In this document: positions 8,706 to 16,475 of the stretch, one piece after another
How the letters are laid out: every line of letters begins with the position of its first letter
How positions within the stretch are numbered: position 1 is the stretch's first letter
Source: Mycolicibacterium smegmatis
GTDB lineage: Bacteria; Actinomycetota; Actinomycetes; Mycobacteriales; Mycobacteriaceae
Assembly (NCBI RefSeq): GCF_001457595.1
Contig: NZ_LN831039.1
Coordinates: forward strand, 6,750,001-6,782,000
Length of the DNA: 32,000 nucleotides
Direction: 5' to 3'
Position numbers and translations under genes: made by a program
Notes under the pieces: model-generated
What the model was told of the DNA's origin: nothing
The model's database searches: none
The model's input: only the letters and a program-made list of their open reading frames with translations

Positions 8706-9545
8706 ATGCCGGAACCGACTGCAACACAACATCTTTCGTTGCATCACCTCACACGGCTCGATGCCACACCGTTCGAACTCGCGGACGCCGCGGCCGCGGG
8801 CGGATTCGACATGTGCGGTGTGCGCATGGTGCCCGTCGAACCCGGGGAGCCGGTCTTCGATCTCGTCGGCGACCCGCAGATGCGTCGGCGCTTCGCGCGC
8901 CACCTCCGGGAACGCGATGTGCGCCTGCTCGACGTCGAAGCGGTGTGGATCCGGCCGGAAACCGACGTCGACAGTCTGATCCCGGCGCTCGAGGCCACGG
9001 CCGAACTGGGTGTGCAATACCTGCTGACCGTCGGTTACGACCACGAACGTGCAAGGCTCATCGACCGACTGGGGCGGTTCGCCGACCTCGCCGGCGAGTA
9101 CGGGTTGACCCTGCCGATCGAGTTCATCACGTACTCGGCGATCACCAACCTCGCCGATGCCGTCGACGTGATCGGCGCCGTCGGTCGCAAGAATCTCGCC
9201 GTCCTCGTCGACTTCCTGCAGTTCTTCCGGGCCGGGGCAGAGTGGGATGTGCTGGCGGCCATCCCGGCGTCGCTGCTGCCGTATGCGCAGATCAGTGACG
9301 GCCCTGCAGCGGCACCGACCACCGTCGAGGCACTGCGCCGTGAGGCGCGAAGAGCCCGGATGATCCCCGGTACGGGTGAACTCGACCTCAAGCGCCTCAT
9401 CGCGGCGTTGCCCGCGGGCATCCCGCTGTCGGTCGAGGCCCCCACCGAGGAGCTCGCCGGGCAGCCACTCGATGCCGCGGCCCGCATCCTGGGCGAGGCC
9501 ACTCGCGGGCTCCTCGCCGCGCAAACCGCACGGTCTCGGTCGTGA
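8706..9545 (+). CDS. Xylose-isomerase-like TIM-barrel protein (sugar phosphate isomerase/epimerase; dehydratase family)
   Basis: Motifs seen: LPIEFITYS...L.DA, NLAVLVDFLQFFRAG, and GTGELDL...L...P.G.PLSVE, typical of AP_endonuc_2-fold enzymes. I prefer the ATG at 8706 over the TTG at 8676. Confidence 0.75.
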   Translation: MPEPTATQHLSLHHLTRLDATPFELADAAAAGGFDMCGVRMVPVEPGEPVFDLVGDPQMRRRFARHLRERDVRLLDVEAVWIRPETDVDSLIPALEATAELGVQYLLTVGYDHERARLIDRLGRFADLAGEYGLTLPIEFITYSAITNLADAVDVIGAVGRKNLAVLVDFLQFFRAGAEWDVLAAIPASLLPYAQISDGPAAAPTTVEALRREARRARMIPGTGELDLKRLIAALPAGIPLSVEAPTEELAGQPLDAAARILGEATRGLLAAQTARSRS

Positions 9546-10411
9546 GCAGCACCGGGCCGACGCACCTGGCGCGCCCGGCGCACCTATCGATGGGCGCCAT
9601 CTGCTTCCGGGACCGGCCCTTCCCCACGATCATCGAAGCCGCGTCGGCCAGCGGGTTCACCGGCATCGGTCTCACCGTCGGGCAGTGTGTGTCCGCGTTG
9701 GAGAGAGGCATCGGCCTCGACGAGATCAGCGCCCGCGTGACCGACGCGGGGTTGCGCGTCGCCGAACTCGAACTGATCCGGCTCGGTGACGACGGCCCGG
9801 TTCGGCACGCGAACTCCCTGGTGGAGGATCTCGCCCACGCACTCACACCCGACCGGGTGCACGTCGCGGCCTTCACGGGCGAACCGGCACGTATCGCCGA
9901 GCAGTTCGCGGAGATCTGCGAGCGGCTGAAACCTCTACCGGTGGCCTTCGAGTTCATGCCCTACAGCCAGGTCAAGAACCTCGGGCAGGCGATCGGACTG
10001 GCACAGCGCACCGGCGCGGCCAACGCCAAGGTGGTGCTCGACGTCGTGCACTTCTTCCGTTCGGGTGACGTCGCGGCCGACCTGACGGCAGGGGATCTCG
10101 GCTGGGTTGCCGGACTGCAGCTTTCGGATGTCGCGGCCCGCCACGGTGTGTCACTGCCGCGCGAGGCCCGGCACCTGCGCACCTACCCTGGCCGCGGGGA
10201 ACTGGACATCGTCGGACTTCTCCGCGCGATCTCCGACGTGTCGGCGGTGTTGCCGCCGCTGTCTGTCGAGCCGATTTCCGATGCGCTGGAACTACTTCCG
10301 CTTCCCGTGGTAGCCGAGGAGATCATGTTCAGCACGCTCGGCACAGTCGCTGCCGCGGGATGGGTCGCCGGTGACGGTGTCTTCACACGCACTGCGCCCA
10401 CCGGAAACTAG
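9542..10411 (+). CDS. Xylose-isomerase-like TIM-barrel protein, paralog of the preceding gene
   Basis: The GTG at 9542 overlaps the upstream stop (GTGA). Motifs seen: PVAFEFMPYS, KVVLDVVHFFRSG, and GRGELDIVGLL...LPPLSVE, parallel to the upstream paralog. Confidence 0.75.
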   Translation: MSSTGPTHLARPAHLSMGAICFRDRPFPTIIEAASASGFTGIGLTVGQCVSALERGIGLDEISARVTDAGLRVAELELIRLGDDGPVRHANSLVEDLAHALTPDRVHVAAFTGEPARIAEQFAEICERLKPLPVAFEFMPYSQVKNLGQAIGLAQRTGAANAKVVLDVVHFFRSGDVAADLTAGDLGWVAGLQLSDVAARHGVSLPREARHLRTYPGRGELDIVGLLRAISDVSAVLPPLSVEPISDALELLPLPVVAEEIMFSTLGTVAAAGWVAGDGVFTRTAPTGN

Positions 10412-10419
10412 AGAATCGA

Positions 10420-11499
10420 GTGTCAACCGTGGTCGGACATGCTCTCCGTATCGGAATCATCGGTGCCGGTGTCATGGGCACCAAGCACGCAGAATACGTT
10501 GCACGCGAACAGGATGCGACCGTCGTCGCAGTTGCCGACCCGTTCAGCAGAACCCTGGCCGGAAAGCTCGGCGTGCCGCACTTCGACAGTCATCACGATC
10601 TTCTTGCGGCATCGGGTGTCGAGGCCGTGATCATCGCCAACCCGAACAGCGCGCATGTCGAAACCACGTTGGCGGCCATCGAGGCCGGCATACCCGCATT
10701 GCTCGAGAAACCCGTCGCGGTGACCGCGGCGGAGGCCGCAGACCTGGTGGCGGCCGTGCGCGACTCAGACGCAGTGGTTCTGGTCGGTCATCACCGCAGA
10801 CACCATCCGGCTGTGTCAAAGGCCAGGGACCTCATCGCGAGCGGTGCGATCGGCAGACTCGTCGCCGTCAACGGCATGTGGCTGACCAAGAAGTCCGACG
10901 ACTACTTCGAGCAGCGGTGGCGCCGCGAAACCGGCGCAGGCGTCATGCTGATCAACCTCGTCCACGACCTCGACCTGGCGCGATATCTGTGCGGCGAGAT
11001 CACCACCGTTCAAGCGGTCAGCAGCAACGCATTACGCGGATTCGAGGTCGAGGACACCGCAGCCGTCATCGTCGGGTTCGACAACGGCGCGATCGGTACG
11101 TTCATCCTGTCCGACTCTGCCGTCGCACCCTGGGGTTGGGATCAGGCGACACAGGATGATCCCCAGTTCCCCTGCAACCCGGACATTCCCGCATGGTCGA
11201 TTGCCGGTACCACCGGTTCCCTCACCTTCCCGCAACTCGCGCGCTTTTACCATCAGGGCGAATCCGACTGGTACCAGCCGTTGTCGCGACGGTACGAGAG
11301 CATCGGGGCCGGCGACTCCTACACTCGGCAGCTGCAACACTTCATCGCCGTCGCACGCGGTGACGCCGCGCCGTTGGTGACCGTCCAGGATGCCGCCGCC
11401 AGCCTGGCCGTGATCGAAGTCGCGCAGCGTGCTGCGAAATCCGGTCACAGGCTTGATGTCCCAGTTAATCCCGAAGTCAGCGACGGAACCACTGAGTGA
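10420..11499 (+). CDS. Gfo/Idh/MocA-family NAD(P)-dependent oxidoreductase (inositol-dehydrogenase-like)
   Basis: N-terminal Rossmann segment LRIGIIGAGVMGTKHAEY..., then the EKP motif (LLEKPVA) and GHHRRHHP. A C-terminal alpha/beta domain follows. Confidence 0.85.
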   Translation: MSTVVGHALRIGIIGAGVMGTKHAEYVAREQDATVVAVADPFSRTLAGKLGVPHFDSHHDLLAASGVEAVIIANPNSAHVETTLAAIEAGIPALLEKPVAVTAAEAADLVAAVRDSDAVVLVGHHRRHHPAVSKARDLIASGAIGRLVAVNGMWLTKKSDDYFEQRWRRETGAGVMLINLVHDLDLARYLCGEITTVQAVSSNALRGFEVEDTAAVIVGFDNGAIGTFILSDSAVAPWGWDQATQDDPQFPCNPDIPAWSIAGTTGSLTFPQLARFYHQGESDWYQPLSRRYESIGAGDSYTRQLQHFIAVARGDAAPLVTVQDAAASLAVIEVAQRAAKSGHRLDVPVNPEVSDGTTE

Positions 11500-11589
11500 C
11501 AGCCTCTGCTGCCGAAATGGTTGCGCGAGGCGCACTGTGAGCTATCTGTGAGCATCCTGGCTCGCGGCCTCACTCAGAAAGGAACCGTC

Positions 11590-12957
11590 GTGGCCACTGC
11601 AGTCCACATCGCCATCCGCGACCTGATCGATCGTAATCCCATTGGTGGGCATCAGCGCCGAACCCTCGTGCTGTGCTTCTTCTGCATCGTGGTCGACGGT
11701 TTGGAGGTCACGGTCGTCGGGTTCTTGTCCGCCGCGTTGAAGGATGACTGGGCAATCGGCACGGCACAACTGGCGCCCGCGGTGACGGCGGGGCTGATCG
11801 GGCTCGGCGTAGGCGCACTGCTCGGCGGGCCGCTCGGCGACAGGTTCGGCCGTAGATATGTAATAGTCTGGGCCATAGGATCATTCGCCGCCACCACGTT
11901 GCTCACGGCAGCGGCGGACGGAGTTCTCACCTTCAGCTTGCTGCGGCTTCTCACCGGATTCGGGTTGGGCGCATCCATGCCCAACGTCGCCGCGCTCGTC
12001 TCCGAGACGGTCCCCACTCCACGGCGCCGTTCGATCGTCGCTGTGGTCTGGTCAGGATTCCCCAGCGGCGCCGCGATCGGCGCGGTCGTGGTGCCGTTCG
12101 TCGTCGAGACGTTCGGGTGGCGGGTCGCGATCCTGGGGTGCGGGGCCGCAGCGGCAGTGATCTTCGTCTGCGTCGGGACGTTGCTGTCCGAATCGCCGGT
12201 CTACCTCGCGAACTCGGGACACGACCCTGCCCGTCTCAGGCGGTACTGCAACGCCATCGAACCCGGCTCCGCAGACGCAGGCAGTGTCTTCGTGCGCGAT
12301 GAGAAGGTGCGCCCGCGGGCCTACCCGATCGGCGCGTTGCTCACCCCGGAGTTGCGCATCGGAACCCTGACACTGTGGGTGGGATTCATGGCCGTCATGT
12401 TCTCGATCTACCTCACCAACACGTGGTTGCCGTATCTGTTCAAGGTCGCCGGGTTCGCCACGGGTTCCATTTCGATACTCAGCACCGCGCTTCAGATCGG
12501 CGGCGCGGTCGGTTGCGCCGCAATCGGATTCATCCAGGATCGCTTCGGGCCCCACATCACCCTGGTCTGGACCAGCGTGCTCGGTGGCGGAACAGCCGCC
12601 GCGATCGCAGTCTCCCCGAACACAACTGTCGTGCTGGGCACGCTGATCTTCGTGCTCGGCATGTGTACCAACGCGATCTCGACGGGTTACACCGCCGTCT
12701 CGACGACGTTCTACCCGACCGATATCAGGTCGACCGGCACCAGTTGGGCTGCCGGGATGTCCCGTGTCGGCGCCGTGCTCGGCGCGGGTATCGGGACCTC
12801 CCTGGCAAGCCTTGGAGTGAGTTTGCAGCAAGTCTTTCTTCTACTGCTCATCCCGATCACGATCGGCGCGCTCTGTATGGCGATCAAAGCAGTGACCTCT
12901 CAGCGCGCCGGGATCACCCCGGCGCCCGACAACACCATGAATGGAGCCCGAAAATGA
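11590..12957 (+). CDS. MFS transporter, AAHS family; paralog of 4555-5922
   Basis: GTG at 11590 with AAAGGA 6 nt upstream. This gives 455 aa, the same length as the other MFS. Motifs seen: VDGLEVTVVGFLSAAL, GPLGDRFGRRY, FIQDRFGPH. Confidence 0.8.
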   Translation: MATAVHIAIRDLIDRNPIGGHQRRTLVLCFFCIVVDGLEVTVVGFLSAALKDDWAIGTAQLAPAVTAGLIGLGVGALLGGPLGDRFGRRYVIVWAIGSFAATTLLTAAADGVLTFSLLRLLTGFGLGASMPNVAALVSETVPTPRRRSIVAVVWSGFPSGAAIGAVVVPFVVETFGWRVAILGCGAAAAVIFVCVGTLLSESPVYLANSGHDPARLRRYCNAIEPGSADAGSVFVRDEKVRPRAYPIGALLTPELRIGTLTLWVGFMAVMFSIYLTNTWLPYLFKVAGFATGSISILSTALQIGGAVGCAAIGFIQDRFGPHITLVWTSVLGGGTAAAIAVSPNTTVVLGTLIFVLGMCTNAISTGYTAVSTTFYPTDIRSTGTSWAAGMSRVGAVLGAGIGTSLASLGVSLQQVFLLLLIPITIGALCMAIKAVTSQRAGITPAPDNTMNGARK

Positions 12958-13811
12958 CCACATCCGGTTCGGTGGCGTTACGCCACGTTCGACAGCAGGT
13001 GCGACCCGACGTGTCGCTACACGCGGTGATCGCGGGTTCGGGCCCAGCTGTGTTCCTGCTCCACGGCTGGCCGCAAACCTGGCAGGAATGGCTGCCGATC
13101 CTCGAGGACCTGGCACGGCATCACACCGTGGTCGCGGTGGATCTGAAGGGTGCGGGCGGTTCGTCCAAACCCCTGCTCGGATACGACAAGGTCACCATGG
13201 CCGAGGAGCTCGACATCCTTCGCGAGAAGTTGGGTTTCGACACGGTGCAGGTGGTGGGCCACGACATCGGTGGCATGCTCGCCTACGCCTGGGCGGCGAC
13301 GCATCGCGACACCGTCACCCGGCTCGCGGTGTTCGACGTGCCGATCCCGGGCGCGTCACTGTGGGACGGGATCCTGACCGATCCGCTGGCCTGGCACTTC
13401 GCATTCCACCAGTGCCGCGACGTGCCGGAGTTCCTCATCGCCGGACGTGAACGCGGCTACGTCGAGTACTTCCTGCGGGGCCGCACCGCCAATCAGGATG
13501 CGTTCACCGACGCGGCGGTCGACCACTACGCGCACGCATTGGCACAGCCCGGCGCGGTGCGCAGCACGCTCGAGTGGTACCGGGCTTTCGCCCAGGATGC
13601 CGACGACAACCGCAAACTGGCCCGCGAGCCGCTGACCGTCCCGGTCCTCGCGTTGGGCGGGGAACACCGTTGGGGCCCGAAGATGGTCGACGTGCTGCGT
13701 GAATTCGCCACCGATGTGCGGGGCGGTTCGATTCCCGACTGCGGACACTGGGTGGTCGAGGAACGCCCCGACGTGGTGCTGGCCGAACTCGAGGCGTTCC
13801 TGCAACGCTGA
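12954..13811 (+). CDS. Alpha/beta hydrolase with an Asp nucleophile (epoxide-hydrolase-like)
   Basis: ATG at 12954 overlaps the MFS stop (ATGA). Motifs seen: [44 protein letters not shown]. The longer ORF from 12375 is a frame run-on. Confidence 0.8.
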   Translation: MTTSGSVALRHVRQQVRPDVSLHAVIAGSGPAVFLLHGWPQTWQEWLPILEDLARHHTVVAVDLKGAGGSSKPLLGYDKVTMAEELDILREKLGFDTVQVVGHDIGGMLAYAWAATHRDTVTRLAVFDVPIPGASLWDGILTDPLAWHFAFHQCRDVPEFLIAGRERGYVEYFLRGRTANQDAFTDAAVDHYAHALAQPGAVRSTLEWYRAFAQDADDNRKLAREPLTVPVLALGGEHRWGPKMVDVLREFATDVRGGSIPDCGHWVVEERPDVVLAELEAFLQR

Positions 13812-14675
13812 TCACCCGCCGAGGAGGAACCCCCGCAGCGCCGCAGCCAGCTCTGCGGGGTTCTCTTCGGCCGGGTAGTGCCCCGCCCGCGCGATCACCG
13901 CACTTGTCACGTGATCAGCAACCTTCTTCATGGTCTCGGTGCTGTGGCCGGCCTGCCCGTGTTCGCCTTCGACCGCGAGCACGGGCATCGCCAGTTTTGT
14001 GCGCCCCAGTTCGCGGTTGTCCGCCCTGTCCTGAGGAATCGCCCGATAGAGCGCGAACGAGCCGCGCAGCCCACCCGGCTGCGCCATGGCTCGCGCGTAC
14101 TCGTCGAGTGCGTCGGGTTCGACGGACGTCGGGTCGACGACACCCACCGTGGTGCGGCGCATCCAGTACTCGATCAGGAGACGTTCGCGTCCACGCACCA
14201 GGTCCTCGGAGATGTCGCCGGCCATGTTGAAGCCGAAATGCCAACTGCCGCCGTTGGCGACGTCCATCAGCTCTTCCTGTCCGAACCCCGACAGGCTGCT
14301 CTCGATGAAGGTCATGGTCTGCACCTCGGAAGGCCACTGTGCGGCGTACGCATACGCCACGGCCGCACCGATGTCATGACCGACCACGTGCACCGCCGAG
14401 TGTCCCAGGGTCTCGACCAGCCTGCGGACATCGTGGGCCACGGTCTTCTTGTCGTAGCCTCCACTGGGCTTGGACGTGTCACCGCACCCCCGCAGGTCTG
14501 GGACGATGACCTCGAACTCCCCTGCCAGCAGCGGGATCACCTTGCGCCAGGCGTACCAGGTCTGCGGCCACCCGTGCAGCAGCACCACCGGTTCGCCCGC
14601 CCCGGCCCGCACGTAGTGCATCTTCAGATCGTCGAAGTACGCACTGTCGTGCACGAGTGTCACGTCGGATGTCAC
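13812..14675 (-). CDS. Alpha/beta hydrolase with an Asp nucleophile (epoxide-hydrolase-like), convergent paralog
   Basis: GTG at 14675 with GAGGAGG 8 nt upstream. Motifs seen: [44 protein letters not shown]. Confidence 0.8.
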   Translation of the reverse strand: MTSDVTLVHDSAYFDDLKMHYVRAGAGEPVVLLHGWPQTWYAWRKVIPLLAGEFEVIVPDLRGCGDTSKPSGGYDKKTVAHDVRRLVETLGHSAVHVVGHDIGAAVAYAYAAQWPSEVQTMTFIESSLSGFGQEELMDVANGGSWHFGFNMAGDISEDLVRGRERLLIEYWMRRTTVGVVDPTSVEPDALDEYARAMAQPGGLRGSFALYRAIPQDRADNRELGRTKLAMPVLAVEGEHGQAGHSTETMKKVADHVTSAVIARAGHYPAEENPAELAAALRGFLLGG

Positions 14676-14963
14676 GGTCGTTGCCTCCTCAGGCCTGTGG
14701 CGGGTGACGCATCGCAAGAGTTGCCGATCTTTTTGAATGCTTCACTGCCGACGACGGAAACGCCATCGACCACGGCCGCTGAGTGGTGGTGCGTGACCGA
14801 CCGCGCATCTCGACCGTGCCACCAGGGCGGAAAGTCGGGGGTGAATCCGCCACCAGCGCACAGTCGGCAATTTCCGGAAAAGTGAGAACAAGTGTGTGCA
14901 GTTTTGGCGGATTTGTGTCACGATCAAGGCATAGGCACGACTCGACGCCAAAGGGGGCAGGTC

Positions 14964-15863
14964 ATGGTCGGCAGGCGAACGCCGGAGGAACTCGCGGATC
15001 TGCTGACCGTGGTGGGGCTGACCAACCAGGTGGCAAACATCATCATGCAGCTGGCGCTGCCCGGTGTCGGCCACGGCGTCAACGAGAGTCGCGTCGTCTC
15101 GGGCAGCCCGCGCCGCCGCCCGGTAAAACGCGCCCGCACCACCGGGCAGTACCTGGCCCTGGCCGTGATGGGCAGCGAGGACGACCGCGACGCCTACCGC
15201 CGCGAACTCGCACTCGTCCACGCAGCCGTGCACTCCACACCCGAGAGCCCGGTCCGCTACAGCGGCAACGCGCAACGTCTCCAGAAGTGGGTCGCCGCAT
15301 GCCTTTTCCGGTACTACCTGGACCAGTACACACTGCTGTACGGGCCGCTCGACACCGCGACACTGGACCGTCTCACGGTCGCGGCGGCTCCTCTGGCCAC
15401 GGGTGTCAACGTCAGACACAGCGACTGGCCCCAGACGTGGGCGCAGTTCACACAGTACTGGGAGCAGCAACTCGATGAACTCTCCATCGCACCCGAGGTG
15501 CGCGAGGATCTGATCTCGCTGGCGAATCTCCGCTTCCTGGAGGAGGCCTGGGGCGTGCCGGCCCGGATCGTCACCAGACCGCTCGGCGGGCTGTTCTCCT
15601 TCGGCACCCGCGGCAGCCTGCCGCCCCGGTTCCGGGAACTCATGGGCTGGTCGTGGAGCGGCGCCGATCAGCGACGATACGAGCTGCTGCTCAAGGCTTT
15701 ACGTGTGATCGATGTGGTCAACCCGTTCGCGCTGAAGTGCTTCTACCGCGCCTATCTGATGGATCTGCGGTTGCGGCGCAGGCTCAACACGGTTCCGGAC
15801 ACCCCGATCCTCGGCAGGCTCAAGGTACTCGACCAGCCGCTCGAGCAGACTTCAGCTGTCTGA
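14964..15863 (+). CDS. MpaB/DUF2236-family oxygenase-like protein
   Basis: ATG at 14964 with AAGGGGG upstream. The pattern NQVANIIMQLALPGVGHGV.ESRV...RP.KRARTT..YL...G...D...YR......H..V matches the ER-bound oxygenase mpaB / latex-clearing-protein catalytic domain family. Confidence 0.65.
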   Translation: MVGRRTPEELADLLTVVGLTNQVANIIMQLALPGVGHGVNESRVVSGSPRRRPVKRARTTGQYLALAVMGSEDDRDAYRRELALVHAAVHSTPESPVRYSGNAQRLQKWVAACLFRYYLDQYTLLYGPLDTATLDRLTVAAAPLATGVNVRHSDWPQTWAQFTQYWEQQLDELSIAPEVREDLISLANLRFLEEAWGVPARIVTRPLGGLFSFGTRGSLPPRFRELMGWSWSGADQRRYELLLKALRVIDVVNPFALKCFYRAYLMDLRLRRRLNTVPDTPILGRLKVLDQPLEQTSAV

Positions 15864-15893
15864 CGCCGATCGCCAGGCGGGGTAACGCCGTTC

Positions 15894-15939
15894 GTAACGT
15901 CACGGCGGAAAATTCGGCAGATTTCCGCCGTGGCGTTAC
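15894..15939. terminator. Long hairpin between convergent genes (factor-independent terminator candidate, no U-tract)
   Basis: GTAACGTCACGGCGGAAA (15894-15911) pairs with TTTCCGCCGTGGCGTTAC (15922-15939). That is 17 Watson-Crick pairs plus one G-U, with a 10-nt loop. Confidence 0.5.
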
Positions 15940-15956
15940 GCACGAGAATCCGGGAC

Positions 15957-16475
15957 TCAGGTTGCCAGAACCAAGTCGGCCGACGAGCGCGGGTCATACC
16001 GCGCGATGAACTCCTCTTCCTGCCTCGCCCACCGCTCCCAGTGCGGTGCGTACGTGTCACCGTCGCGCAGCAGTGCCCGGCGCTTGCGGTGGGGTTCGGG
16101 GGCCTCCAGCCAGATTCCGAGATCGGCCAGCGCGCGGTTCGCCGCGGTCAGGGCGCCCACCCCCTCGACGATGATCCGCTGGTGAGCGTCGACGGTGTGC
16201 CACCCGGCCGGGCATCCACTCACCCAGTCCCAGCGCCGCCACCGGCCGGCGCGTCCGAGCGCTCGCGGTTGCAGCAGGGCCTCGCGGATGTGCTCGACGG
16301 CCCAGGCCAGCCCGTCCCAGCCCGGGTAGATGTCGTCGAGGCTGACAACGACGCTGGACTCCCAGGCCTGGCTCAACTGCCGGGCCAGCGTCGTCTTGCC
16401 GGACCCGGATCGCCCGTCGATCAGGACCGTGCGCGCGTCACCGCCCAGGGCGCCCAGGATGTCAGCGGTGGCCAA
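15957..16475 (-). CDS. P-loop nucleoside/nucleotide-kinase-like protein (uridine-kinase-like fold), function unknown
   Basis: Walker A motif is IDGRSGSGKTTLA, followed by SLDDIYPGW and a IIVEGVGAL strand. 172 aa. The only available start is TTG at 16475, which overlaps the upstream ecfT-like gene by 14 nt. Confidence 0.65.
   Translation of the reverse strand: MATADILGALGGDARTVLIDGRSGSGKTTLARQLSQAWESSVVVSLDDIYPGWDGLAWAVEHIREALLQPRALGRAGRWRRWDWVSGCPAGWHTVDAHQRIIVEGVGALTAANRALADLGIWLEAPEPHRKRRALLRDGDTYAPHWERWARQEEEFIARYDPRSSADLVLAT

Noticed and set aside
12375-12953. An N-terminal extension of the alpha/beta hydrolase ORF that would give a 478-aa protein.
   Set aside because: The extension overlaps the MFS gene in another frame and is low-complexity. 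The ATG at 12954 gives a canonical 285-aa hydrolase with an ATGA overlap to the MFS stop.
14864-15930. Similarity between TCGGCAATTTCCGG (14864-14877, upstream of the mpaB-like gene) and TCGGCAGATTTCCG (15915-15928, in the downstream hairpin loop/arm). It hints at repeats flanking the gene.
   Set aside because: The match is short and gapped, does not extend into the flanks, and is within chance expectation. I treat the two elements as independent.
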